Under the pieces are notes generated by a model. The model saw only the letters and a program-made list of their open reading frames with translations. It did not search any database and was not told the origin of the DNA. From NCBI GenBank assembly GCA_051294375.1, contig CM119263.1, positions 7,612,635 through 7,676,634 on the forward strand: DNA of 64,000 bases. The letters run 5' to 3'. The first letter of the stretch is position 1. Every line of letters begins with the position of its first letter. Below are positions 1 through 13,520 of the stretch, piece after piece. This DNA is from Paraspadella gotoi. Taxonomy: Eukaryota; Animalia; Chaetognatha. The position numbers and the translations under genes are program-made.

Positions 1-3000
1 GATGACAAAATTAAATTGAATAGATATTTAACAGCGTATATCACCTGCAAAGAAAGAAGAGGAAACTCAAAGAAAAAAAAATCACAAAGAAATGAGATGC
101 TCTCTGGAATCTGGAAAAGGGGCGGAGGAAGGGGAAGAGGGGCGACGAAAGAAAACAAAAAAACAAAAAAAGAAAGAAAAACGAAAGGTCTGTTTCGGAC
201 TGTATTGCTGTTTTTGTAACATGGTAAATAGTAGTTTGGTTTTTTTTTTTTTCGGAAAACTATGACCCAGCAGAATTCACCAACAGTCCGCTGAATTGTA
301 TTATAAGGCTCATATGGTGTTTTCGTCGCGAACCGAAGGGAGACAGATTTTGGAAAAGAATCAAAAAGGCAAAAAGTTTCTTAATTTTTTTTTCCAACTT
401 AAAAAAAAAAAGGGAATTTTTTTTTTGAAGGGAGAGAGGGAATCTGGTTGGGGGGGCAGGGGAAGGCGGAGTAAAACTTGGTTTCGTGTGTGAAAGTGGG
501 GGTCACGGGAGTGAGTGGGAGGGAGGTTCGAAATTCATGAACGACCCAAGACTAGAACTGGTACAAGGAAAGGTCAACCGGAAACTCGCCCAAAGTAAGT
601 AGGGCGTGGTGGATGTATCGTGGGGGGGGCAAGGAGTGAGGCAATCGGTGGAAAGATGGGAGTGGGGTTTTGGGGGGGGGGGGAGGAAGGAGGGTCGGGT
701 GGAAAAAAATGGAATTCTTTTCCACAATTCTATCTCTCCAGCGGCGCGATAACCATGTAATAACAACAACAATAAATATAAACAGCAGGCTCGGGCGCGA
801 AATTTCGAGGTTATAAAGAGTACAAAATACATCTACAAAGCATTGTTGATTTTGAGGGTCGAAGGACGACGGCCGAAGAACTCACGTCAGTAGAGAAAGA
901 GGGAGAGAAAAATCACATTTTTTTTTTGGTTCGGCCGTCGTCTCCCAAGTTTCAACAAAGTCCAAGATGAGAAAAATAACTGAATCATATCTACTTTTTT
1001 TAAAAAAAAACGTGAGAGAGAAAAATCATAGCGAAAATGAAAATGATCGAAAAACCGATACGTGTTTTTTTTTTTTCTGATTAGAAAGTGAAAACTTAGC
1101 ATAGGAGGGATTAAGCGTACGTACAAGATAGAAGAGTTGGATCAATGTCATTAAAAAAACTTGTGACGCTCAGTGAAAAATATACCGGAAACGAAACAAA
1201 AATACAGGGAAATAATAGTAAAACTAGACTTTTATTTTTCTTGAGAATATAATGGTCACAACTCACTAGATCTTTATTTATAATAACTTAGAAAAAAAAT
1301 GTAGTCACCGTCAAACACGAAAGTGTATAACTCTCGAAAAACAACGTTAAAGATGAATATCCAACCTGACTCTTTAATCTTAACAAACGTACTATGGGCG
1401 ATAAAACTGTAAAAGTATTACAAGATTGCAAAAAGGGTTTACATATTTTTTTTAAATTTAAACACATAGCGTTTGGCTTCGGCTTTATTTGTCGACTTTC
1501 TCACAATGGAATCCTTTTCATTGCTACCGATTCACCCAACAGAAAAACCCAACATGGAAAAAAAAATAAAAAAGAAAAAAAAAATATTCCAAACGCCAAC
1601 TAAAATTTTTCAATTTGTATTCTACAATATATAGAAAGACGGTGGAGAATCACTAGATTTAATAAGGATTAATGACTTTTTATTAAGAAAAAGAAAAACG
1701 AAAACGAAAATCCAAGCATTGGTTTTTTTTTTTTAATATTCTTTCGGGAGACGCTCTTCCATCTCAGTCGAAGGAAATGTACAACATGTACATTAATATA
1801 TATAGATAATAATTGCACTAAAAATACATGAAACCACAAAATAGAACCTCGCTCTCAAATATCATACCTAATCGCCGGAGTAATTCGTATCTCTTCGCAC
1901 AGACACAAGAAAAAGTGGCAAGAAACAAACATTTAAAATAGTAACTATTCTATGAAAAAGTAATTGATAGCGATGATAAGATTGCATGTGCAAAAAGTGA
2001 AACGAGAAATTTCAGAGGAAAAAAAACCAAGCGTTATGGTATTACTGGGTCTTTAATCGTTTCACTTCAGAGCGGATTTAAAGAAGCTCCAATTTGAACC
2101 GAGTGCTTAACAAGAGCAAGCTATGTTTCTTTTGGAAAAGGTGACAATTTATGCTACTGAAGGTTCCTCAATCAGTAGAAAAGGGGGGGGCAAAAGGGGA
2201 ATAGGGTTAGTCTTTTTCTTTAAACCGATAATGCAGCTTTATCTCAACAGGAAACGAATGCATTCAAACGTTACAAAATTTTTTTGTTCTAACAATAATG
2301 CTAGTAGAAATTAAAGAGTAATAAATTATCGCCTTGAGGTCGAAATCAAGTTGAAAAAAAAAAATAAAACGAAAAAGGAAAACTTGTTAACCCTTTAAAT
2401 GAGTTAATGATATTTGCAAAGAGATAGTGTAACTGATCTATAGGTGCAAAAAGTTCCCTGAATAAAGACAGATCGCGGTCTATTTATGTGACAACGAAAC
2501 ACAAACACGAAAAAGGTTTAGGGGTGATTATAAAATGTGCAGTGGTGAAATAACATTGTTACAACGAGGATCCAAGCCAAAAGACGATCGCCTTGACGAC
2601 AACTAGAGCGCATATCTCCCGGAAAGGTGTATTCGAAACGGAGCACACCTCAACGACGAAAACGATAAAAAAATATGGAAAAAAAAACGACAGGCGGGGC
2701 CGATCCAAATTTGGACGGCTCAGGCAGACAATTCTAGTTTCGGTTTAAAAAAGTTCATTAGAATGAATACAATTAAGAATTCTTATAATTATTATCACTA
2801 AATATCACTATTGATTTAAAGGAGGTTCCTTCCACGGTAGAAGTGACTCAAAATGATATAACTCTGCTCCACATGGAAGGAGACTCGGTGATAGAACGGG
2901 TCCAAAATTGAGAGAGAAAATAAAAACTGAGAGCATTGGCATAATTAATACGAGAGACAAACGTCTCATTTCGAAAGACGACGAGGTTCTAATTGGTTTT

Positions 3001-3899
3001 TTTTTAAACTTTTCAGAGTACATGTTAGCATGTACCCATTATTACATTATATAAAGATTATTCAGAACATCAAATGTGATTATCATCGTCAAGAGCTACA
3101 TAGTAGACAAACATACATAACATCTTTGTAAACGGTTTGGCTCAAGGTGTACTCCATCTTATGGCACTGGATACATCAAGGCGATCAATGTTAAAAATAT
3201 TAGGAATGAAACAAAGGATCAAAATAATGAAAATGGCAATTTTTGATTACACAATTATGGTTTTTGATGAGTCAACAAGCTTTAAGTTAGCCATCACCGC
3301 CGATAGAAGAAGTAATACATTTTTGGCTATCTCTTCAGCTATATTCACTGATCACAAGAAATTGCTAATGTAATTTTTACCCGTTCTGCAACTTATGAAG
3401 ATAATACAATAAGAAAAGTGAATGCATTTACAATTATCTTAAATTAAAAACGGCTGCTAACAACAGTTTAAAGGAAATACTAAACTTAGATAATTTTTTT
3501 ACAAAAAATAACCATTTCTCTTACTGTACATATAAATAGAAGAAAATATTTAACCTCAAAAAATACTTTTAATTTAACTGATCAGATTGCAGTCTCCTTT
3601 AATACAACAGTAATAAAAATATTTTTGTGTACTATACACTGTATAGTACAATGTGACCAGCTACACACCCAAGAAAAGGCTAAAATTCCAAGCTTTTTTT
3701 TCCCCACACCATTACATAATCAATTATCAAGCCATCTTGATGCAGGTGATACATTTTTTGGTGAATTTAGAAACAGTTTGACCCAGTGATAAAACAACAA
3801 GTGAGCTCTACAAGTAATGTTCTATCTAAAGCTATTCAGACAGGTGACAGTTCAAAAGTCGTTGACAACAGACTCTGTTACTTCTGTTTTAGCTGGCAG

Positions 3900-4735
3900 A
3901 TAGACAACTGCGGTGACCGAAATTCGTGCCAGAAATTTGTTGATTAGGGCTATGCTCCGACTCCCTCAGAACGAAGCGTTGCATAATGAAAGAGCCTTGA
4001 TTCGACAGTTTGCCGGCGTTTCCAAAAGCTGTAGGTGGATCAGATTCACCGTTGGAAATGGGTGGAGTTTGGACTAGATAAAGTTATTATGAAGCGTTTG
4101 AGGAATTCAAATCTTCGATTGATCATCGTCATACACTCCTTTTGTTTGATTGAGGCACATTATCAGATGGTTGATGGTGAGACATTTTTAGATGATTTTA
4201 CACAATTTCCGTGTAAAAATCTTTGTTCACACTCTTTACACTAACCGTGGACCATCTTCCCCAGTCATTCAGCCACAACAGAGGCGATGCTTTAATATTG
4301 TGTATTCTCTGCAATGATCGACGAGAGCGTATGGGAAAGAACCTCCCTATACAGTTTGACAGTTTAAAAACCTTGCGCCCTTTTATGACAGACTTTTAAG
4401 GATAGTAAGTCGGGAATTTTTTTGAATTTTTTGGCGAGATCAATTGCAGAAAAGGTTTCTTTTCTCATTTCTTCTCTGTTAATAAACCTCCCTTAATTCA
4501 GAATTCGGGTAGATCTTGTTTGGAAGTTCCTCGATATTTTTGGCTTTCCATTTTACTGCAATTCGGCTTGGTGATCTTGAAATCAAGTGAAGCTGAAGTC
4601 GGATTATGTCTTTAAAGGTGTTCACACAAGCCTCACATTCATGCCGTTTGGGAGAAGCCAGAGCCTAGGTGCCTGGGAGGAGATGGAGATGGCGACCGCT
4701 TGATTGTCAGGAGATACTTGAACGGTCATTTGAAT
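3900..4735 (-). pseudogene. Decayed ORF with C2H2 zinc-finger and PHD-like remnants, probably a mobile-element relic
   Basis: HECEACVNTFKDIIRLQLH at 4643-4587 fits C-x2-C-x3-F-x5-L-x2-H, with the second His one frameshift away (4573-4571). CKECEQRFLHGNC from 4240, followed by TGA-TAA-TGT (decayed W-Q-C), fits the PHD core. Multiple stops and frameshifts are present. Confidence 0.4.
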
Positions 4736-5056
4736 TTTCCTTTGTGGTGTTTTTTTTTAACCAAGTTGAGAGTGTATTAGGAGACAGATTATGTGGTAAA
4801 TTGGGTTTGTATATTCGGGGGGTAGGGGTATGATGTGTATGTCCCTCACTCTCCTTTTTTTCCTTCACAACTTCATTCTTTTATAAATTGCCTCTCACCT
4901 CCCCCCCCCACCGCGAAATGGGCTCTCTCTCTCCTCGCCCTTTTTTTCCAACGTAGAAACGAGAAGCAGAGGAGAAAAAAATTATCGCGAGTCCCGCGCA
5001 AACACGACGGAAAAGAGTTTTTACCGATTCTGAACGACGTTTCTCTCGGATTGGTG

Positions 5057-5178
<122 letters not shown>

Positions 5179-6084
5179 TTATTTTATTTCCTCGAAATCG
5201 AAAATAGAAAATCGATTCCCGGTTAATATTTTGAGAATGAGGAAGGAAATTACGTATTTTTTTCTCCCCGTGTTCTTTTGTTTTTTAGTCATTACGATCT
5301 CCAATGAAAAACAACGTATATTATTCAACTGCGAAAACTTTTTTTATTTATATTGCCGTTTCCGAAATAGGAATTTCGATTATTACTTTTTGTATTAAAG
5401 AAAATTTTCGAGAGAAACTCTGAAAAAAATGCGACTGAGTATTTATCATAAATATTGAATAATATGCGGTTATCGAAAACTGTTTCATAAAGCCATGAAA
5501 GCAACTCGCAACCCAATAACGGGTACTACAATACATGATATCACATTGTCTCAAAAGTAATAGTAATTAAGCTACACATAAAGCTAAAGTTTATGCGGCC
5601 AATAAAAAAAAACTGTACACTGTGCTTCTATTTATAAATCTCAAATCAATTATCTTGAATTTAACTGTCGTCGTCAAAAGTCTTTCCGTCGCATTTATCG
5701 TTTCTCGACATTCGACTGCCGACGATGAAATAGCGCACCTGATGATAAAGATGATAATTATCTTCGAAGATGTAGACGGGAGAAAAAATGGATTTTGGAT
5801 TTTCCGGATTTGTTCTTTTCTTCTTTAATCTTTTTTTCTTTTTTGTTTTTATCTATGATAACAGAAAAAAAAGCGATTTTTCTTCTCTCTCTCTCTCTGT
5901 TTGACGAGCTTCTCTGTTAAGTTTTCTTGATGGAAATAAAGAGAGAGAGAGAGAGCGGGAGAGAGAGAGACTTATTTTTTCCTCCCTTAATTATTATTTA
6001 TCGACTTTTTTCTCTTTATAAAAAGAGGAAAATAAATGTGGATGAAATCCTGAAATCCTCTTTTCAGCGAAAAAGTCGAATATG

Positions 6085-6124
<40 letters not shown>

Positions 6125-6440
6125 TTAATACTTGGAAAAGTAATCGGTTTAACCGATGACGTTATCGATGTTATTTTTTTTTTAAATATTGATGGCGGAG
6201 ATCGGATGTGAAACGATCTCTGACAAAGGAGGACGGAAATCCCGTGGCGTTGAGACGCCGCCGCGGTTTGCTACGGTTCGCAACGATTTGTCACGATTTG
6301 CCACGGTCGTCTCGGTTGGTCAAGAAATGTCAATGCTCATAACTCGTAATCTCCTTACGAATGATCTCATTGTAGGAAGACAGAGAATCTATGTCTGCCG
6401 CGGAGACTCATTTTGTTTTTTAAGGTCAGAACAACCTCCG

Positions 6441-6644
6441 CCATTGGTTGAGATGAAATTAAAACCTATGCCATTGATTGAGATGAAATTAAAACCTCTG
6501 CCATTGGTTGAGATGAAATTAAAACCTCTGCCATTGGTTGAGATGAAATTAAAACCTCCGCCATTGGCTTGAGATGAAATTAAAACCTCTGTCATTGGTT
6601 GAGATGAAATTAAAACCGCCATTGGTTGAGATGAAATTAAAACC
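6441..6644 (+). repeat. 30-bp minisatellite, 7 copies
   Basis: Unit CCATTGGTTGAGATGAAATTAAAACCTCTG repeated head to tail with 0-3 differences per copy and no spacers. Confidence 0.95.
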
Positions 6645-6774
6645 ACGACCTGCTTATCACTTGCTTATTCCAACTAATGACTAATAAACTAATATAGAAA
6701 TTAGAGTTTTTTTTAGGCGAAAGTCCGTATTTTCAAGTATGTATCTTTTTTGTACTTTCCGTTCAACGCGCCTA

Positions 6775-6891
<117 letters not shown>

Positions 6892-7638
6892 ACTAGTGCG
6901 TAGAAACACAAATTTAGGTTATCTCTAATATCTTGCATCGACTCGGGGAAAATCTTTTTCGACATAATTACAACGCAGATTTTGCCAGAAACATTTTACC
7001 TTCTTTTTCCGACTTATCCTTTTCAATGCTCTCACTCACCCAATGCACTTACCATTCGGCCCTCATCTAAAACTCTCCCCTGCTGCAGTCATTGTTTTCT
7101 TCGTTATTTGCCTCGTTTTCTTTGTTTTCCTTTTTATCTTTTTTCTATTTAAAAATCGACGTCTTGATTTTCTTCTTCGTCGTCATCTTCGTTTGTCGTC
7201 CATTGTCTCCTAATTTCCTTTCGTCGTCGCGTTTTTATTTCGTCGTCGTCGTCGTCTCCGTTGTCCGGCTTCCCGCCCCCCCCCCTTCCTCTTTTTCTTT
7301 CTCGTCCGATTGTCCTCCGAAATGAAACGGCGCCCAAAAAAAACCCTGGCGCGCGCGTGGAAAAAGAAAATAGGAATGATGACAAATATTGTGGAATTGA
7401 GGAAATTGGTTTTGGCGGCTGCGCAATTGAGGCGGCGGCTGGCGGCGGCGGGGCGGCGGGGCGGCGGCTGCTGGCGCCGCCGGGGAGCCGGACGCGCGGG
7501 GGCCTGGAAGCGGGCGGAAGCGGGAATTCAATTGCGCGCCGAAAGGTTGGCCGATGCCGACGCGCCGGCGGACATCAACGCGTCATTGCCTAAGACTATC
7601 AGAAACAACACCTTTGGCTCAGGCGCGGGAAAGAAAAA

Positions 7639-7700
<62 letters not shown>

Positions 7701-8183
7701 TTTGTTTGTTTCTTTTCCCCGGTTCGACAAACGACTTGCAGTTTCTGGCGAATTTTTTTTTTCCTCGCGCGCTTTCTGCATTGTTAACTGATTAGATTAG
7801 AAAGTTGGCTCAAGAGGGAAAATAATAATTATTATGTGGCTACACATATATGTTAATATATATATATACGTATATACATATTCGGTTTTTTTGAACAATT
7901 TCAATTTAGTTTTGATAAAAAAAAAACAATATATTGAATTAATTAATAATAGCTTCGAAATGAAATTTTTGAATTTATTCTGGATCTGTGAATATCGCTG
8001 AATTCAATCGTTAGAGGAACAACTTCCACCAGCTTGGTAAGAATCTCTCTCTACAATTTATAATCTTTCGAGACGATGAATATCCTAAAACTGAAGGAGG
8101 ATTCTGATATCGAATTGAGGTTCAGGTGGCAGCACTGCTTCAAGGAGACGTCAGTCTAATTTTATATAAAACTACCGTCGCCG

Positions 8184-8306
<123 letters not shown>

Positions 8307-8596
8307 AAAGAATGAAAGAAAAAAAAGTTGTGGGATGAAATTTGAACACGTGCGATTCTGAGTCGGCGTTGGGTTCACAAGAATGTTGATTCGGGAGATG
8401 GGGTTATTCTTATGAATTATGAGGTCAAAAAAAGGCCAAATGATGTATGGGATGAGGGCGGTATACTAAAATATAAGGTCAGCTCCCGAGCTCGGTCTCC
8501 GACGTTTTTAAATTCTCACTCTCTCTCTAGATCTCTCTCTCTCTCTCTATGTCTTTATCTCTCTCTCTCTATCCCTTTATCCCTATCTCTCTTTGC

Positions 8597-8628
<32 letters not shown>

Positions 8629-9074
8629 ACTCTCTCTCTCTTGTTTTTCCCCCCCCCTTTAATTTTTTCCCTCGCCTTCTGTCGGCGCGTGCGACTCTTT
8701 AGACGGGATCAATTCCGTCCTTCGTCTTTTGTAGACTTTGTCTTCGCCTCTCCCCCGCCCCGGCTCTTACCCTCTCCCCATTTAACCAGACTCGCCCCTT
8801 TTCTCTTTTTTTTATTATTAAAAAGAGAATGAAGCGATGAACGGAGAAAAGAGCGGAGAGAAGGGCTGGGGTGTGGTGACCGACTGTGAGGGGTTTTATC
8901 GAAAATGAGGAGAGCGGAGGCCAAGAAAGACGAGCCAAAAAAAAAAATTAGAGAAAAAAAGGAATGAAGAGAAAGAAAATTACCGAAATGAAATGACGAG
9001 AATAATGAAAAACGTGTAAATTATACTATAATTTAAATACTTTGACGACGCTATTCCCGATTAAACTTTGATTT

Positions 9075-9470
9075 TTTTTTAAATTAAATAAAAAAGTAAT
9101 AGTATTGTGAGGAAAAGGAAACAAAATGTTTTGAATTGAAAATGGAGTCCGGAAGATACAGAAAAGGAGAATAATAACTGAACTTACAGATAAAGTGATC
9201 AAGGAGAAAAAAAAAGCCTAAAACTAAAAAGAGAAGCGGAAGAAAGTGAAAACTGGTAAGAGAGATCGGAAATGAGAGAAAAAAAGTAGAGAGTGGAACC
9301 TCGGTTCGAAATGGAAATTGGCGTTTGTATCCGCGATGTAGGGCATCCGAGCCGTGGGCGTCGTTTCGAGAAATTGGCGTCGGCTCTTTATGTGGGTCAG
9401 TCAGAGGCGGGATATCGGAGAAGAGAGGTGGAGGGGAGAGAGAGGGAGAGAGAGAGTGAACGCTTTTAAA

Positions 9471-9510
<40 letters not shown>

Positions 9511-9771
9511 ATCGTCCTCCCTCTCTGTCCTCTTTTTTAAACTCGTCCGTCAGCGAAAAACTTTTACGATTCCTAAATTTTCATCTCAAGGATGCTCTCC
9601 CCACTCTCTCTCCTTCTCTCTTCCCCACTCTCTCTCTCCTCTCAACCCCCCCCCTCGCGAGGGTCGCCCCCCCTCCTCCCCCCTCTTTCGTTGAGGCCAA
9701 AAAGACGAAAGTCTGGCCTATTTTTTCGCGCCGAGCCTTGTTTCTCTTCAACAGCGAAACTGTTTAAATGG

Positions 9772-9809
<38 letters not shown>

Positions 9810-10330
9810 AGAGAGAGAGAGCAGAGAGAGAGAGAGAAGAAGAGAGAGAGAGAGGACGACGAAGCGGCGCAAGAAAAACCCTCTCGAAAAAAAAAGGGAT
9901 GAAAAGTTGGCTAAATATCCTGTTTCAAATTCCTCCTCCGAAAAATTTCATCTTTTTTTTCATTGTTTCTTTTTTTTTTTCTTTTCGATAAAAAAAAACA
10001 ACAAAGAGAAAGAATGGGAGAGAAAACAAAGACTTCGCGACGATTTCCATTCAACATATTAGGACCCAAAATTTAATGGAAACGTAACGAAAGCGATATG
10101 ATCGGTTCTTATATGTCCTCGAGAGCGAAGAACTAAAGTCGCGGTTTCGGCCGGCCTTTTAGGCAGCCGCACAGGGAGACCTAGAGATGAGGGTGAGTCG
10201 TACCGGTCGCCGCTACTTTCGCGGGTTCCCTGACCCGATAGACGGCTGTGGGGTGGATCGAGGAAGAGAGTGAAGCGAAAAGTTGAAGAAAAGGGCTCGC
10301 CGTCTGTTCCTTGAAGAGCGTCCTGAAGAG

Positions 10331-10411
<81 letters not shown>

Positions 10412-11120
10412 GAGAGAGAACGAGAGAAGAGAGTGAGAGGAAAAGCACTAAATTTATGGGGGACTGTTGGTCATTGAATTTTTTTTTTTTTTTTTTTTTG
10501 AGAGGAGAGAGGAGCGAAATGAATCGATCCTCGTCTTTCATTTAGATCGGATCGTCATATGAAGTGGAGTACTATTGATAGTAGAGAGAAGAGAGAAAGA
10601 GAGAGAGAGAGAGAGAGACGCATGCTCTATCTTCGCTCTACATTGAAGTCGAGTTCTTTGATGATGCTTTTCGCTTTTATCAAATTTAGAGTCTCGAGGC
10701 ATACGTCATTTTCGCCGGCAAGACGAACGGTTCTCACGAATTCTACTCTCTCTCTATTTAGCTATTTCTCCCTCTCTCTGTCTGTCTGTTCGTCAATTTT
10801 TCGTCTAAATGTCTCGTACATCGGGCAACGAGACGCGTGTTCACGCGCGCACGTGCCCGACCAGACGCGAAATCTAAAAAAAAACCCCCGAAATTCGGTT
10901 GCCCTACAAATTTGGCCCCGAAATTGTGGCCCCGAAATCCGTGGCCCCGAAATTCGCGGCCGAATTACCAGTTCACAATTACGTCGGCGAAGGCGGCTGA
11001 GGCGGCGGATGCGTCCAAGTCGCGCGCGAGCGGCAGGGTTTCCAATTGACATCAGGATTCCTGCCTTCATCGGTTCCGGTATAACGATATCGACTGTCTC
11101 AGCTGATTCATTCTCTCTCT
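9075..11120 (+). repeat. 2 kb direct duplication, copy 1
   Basis: Sequence recurs at 11221-13390, immediately after a 100-N gap. Differences are mainly 1-bp indels. Confidence 0.9.
10905..10965 (+). repeat. Short tandem array of GGCCCCGAAAT-containing 14-15 bp units
   Basis: ttggccccgaaattg-tggccccgaaatccg-tggccccgaaattcg-cggccgaatt; also present in the duplicate at about 13118-13172. Confidence 0.8.
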
Positions 11121-11220
11121 NNNNNNNNNNNNNNNNNNNNNNNNNNNNNNNNNNNNNNNNNNNNNNNNNNNNNNNNNNNNNNNNNNNNNNNNNNNNNNNN
11201 NNNNNNNNNNNNNNNNNNNN

Positions 11221-12004
11221 TTAAAAAATTAAATAAAAAAGTAATAGTATTGTGAGGAAAAGGGAAAAAAAATGTTTTGAATTGAAAATGGAGTCCGGAA
11301 GATACAGANNNNNNNNNNNNNNNNNNNNNNNNNNNNNNNNNNNNNNNNNNNNNNNNNNNNNNNNNNNNNNNNNNNNNNNNNNNNNNNNNNNNNNNNNNNN
11401 NNNNNNNNNNNNNNNNNNNNNNNNNNNNNNNNNNNNNNNNNNNNNNNNNNNNNNNNNNNNNNNNNNNNNNNNNNNNNNNNNNNNNNNNNNNNNNNNNNNN
11501 NNNNNNNNNNNNNNNNNNNNNNNNNNNNNNNNNNNNNNNNNNNNNNNNNNNNNNNNNNNNNNNNNNNNNNNNNNNNNNNNNNNNNNNNNNNNNNNNNNNN
11601 NNNNNNNNNNNNNNNNNNNNNNNNNNNNNNNNNNNNNNNNNNNNNNNNNNNNNNNNNNNNNNNNNNNNNNNNNNNNNNNNNNNNNNNNNNNNNNNNNNNN
11701 NNNNNNNNNNNNNNNNNNNNNNNNNNNNNNNNNNNNNNNNNNNNCCTCATCGTCTCCCTCTCTGTCCTCCTTTTTTTAAACTCGTCCGTCAGCGAAAAAC
11801 TTTTACGATTCCTAAATTTTCATCTCAAGGATGCTCTCCCCACTCTCTCTCCTTCTCTCTCCCCACTCTCTCTCTCTCTTCAACCCCCCCCCTCGCGAGG
11901 GTCGCCCCCCCTCCTCCCCCCTCTTCTCGTTGAGGCCAAAAGACGAAGAGTCTGGCCTATTTTTCGCGCGAGCCTTGTTTCCTCTCAACAGCAACTGTTT
12001 AATG

Positions 12005-12082
<78 letters not shown>

Positions 12083-12584
12083 GAAGCGGCGCAAGAAAAC
12101 CCTCTCGAAAAAAAAGGGATGAAAAGTGGCTATAATCCTGTTTCAAATTCCCTCCTCCGAAAAATTTCACTCTTTTTTCATTGTTTCTTTTTTTTTCTTT
12201 TCATAAAAAAAAACAACAAGAGAAAGAATGGGAGAGAAAACAAAACTTCGCGACGATTTCCATTCAACTATTAGGACCCAAAATTTAATTGAAACGTAAC
12301 GAAAGCGATATGATCGGTTTCTATAATGTCCTCGAGAGCGAAGAACTAAAGTCGCGTTCGGCCGGGCCTTTTAGGCAGCCCCGAAGGGACACCCGATCGG
12401 GCCTTGGGTCGCCAGTAGCCCTCGTCGCCGGCCATGACCCGCTTTTCGGCGTCACCTGACCGATAGACGGCTGTGGGGGTGGATCGGGAAAAGCCTTCGA
12501 GAGTGAAAGCAAAGTGAAGAAAAGGGCTCGCCGTCTGTCCTTGGAAGAGCGTCTGAAGATGAAAGAGAGAGAGAGAACGGAGAG

Positions 12585-12655
<71 letters not shown>

Positions 12656-12789
12656 TGAGAGGAAAAGCAAACTAAATTTGGGGACTGTGTCATTGAATTT
12701 TTTTTTTTTTTTTTTTGAGAGAGAGAGAGAGCGAAATGATCGATCTCGTCTTTCATTAGCATCGGTCGTCATATGAAGTGGAGTCTATT

Positions 12790-12826
<37 letters not shown>

Positions 12827-13315
12827 CGCCATGCTCTATCTTCGCTCTACATTGAAGTCGAGTTCTTTGATGATGCTTTTCGCTTTTATCAAATTTAGAG
12901 TCTCGAGGCATACGTCATTTTCGCCGGCAAGACGAACGGTTCTCACGAATTCTACTCTCTCTCATTTAGCTATTTCTCCTCTCTCTGTCTGTCTGTTCGT
13001 CAATTTTTCGTCTAAATGTCTCGTACATCGAACGAACAGACGCGTGTTTCACGCGCGCACGTGCCCGACCAGACGCGAAATCTAAAAAAAAAAACCCGAA
13101 ATTCGGTTGCCTACAAATTTGGCCCGAAATTGTGGCCCCGAAATCCGTGGCCCCGAAATTCGCGGCCGAATTACCAGTTCACAATTACGTCGGCGAAGGC
13201 GGCTGAGGCGGCGGATCGTCCAAGTCGCGCGCGAGCGGCAGGGTTTCCAATTGACATCAGGATTCCTGCCTTCATCGGTTCCGGTATAACGATATCGACT
13301 GTCTCAGCTGATTCA

Positions 13316-13390
<75 letters not shown>
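11221..13390 (+). repeat. 2 kb direct duplication, copy 2 (contains gap 11309-11744)
   Basis: Colinear with 9075-11120. The same pseudo-ORF MLYLRSTLKSSSLMMLFAF appears in both copies. Confidence 0.9.
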
Positions 13391-13392
<2 letters not shown>

Positions 13393-13470
13393 CTCTCCTA
13401 TACAGTTTACACTTTCTGTCTTCTTTTTTCTTCATCTTCTCCTTCTACACATCCTCTTCCTCTTCTCCCT

Positions 13471-13520
<50 letters not shown>

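Noticed and set aside
3159-3180. TATGGCACTGG match to the 5' end of miR-183/263
   Set aside because: The match lies largely in the loop of a short hairpin, the 3' half does not match, and there is no pre-miRNA fold.
6441-6644. 30-bp repeats as a CRISPR array
   Set aside because: The units are contiguous with no unique spacers, there are no cas genes, and the context is eukaryotic.
7235-7795. Overlapping GC-rich ORFs and a 10-bp inverted repeat (GCGCAATTGA / TCAATTGCGC)
   Set aside because: Several frames are open simply because of GC content, and a 10-bp inverted repeat at this distance is expected by chance. Best treated as a CpG/G-rich island.
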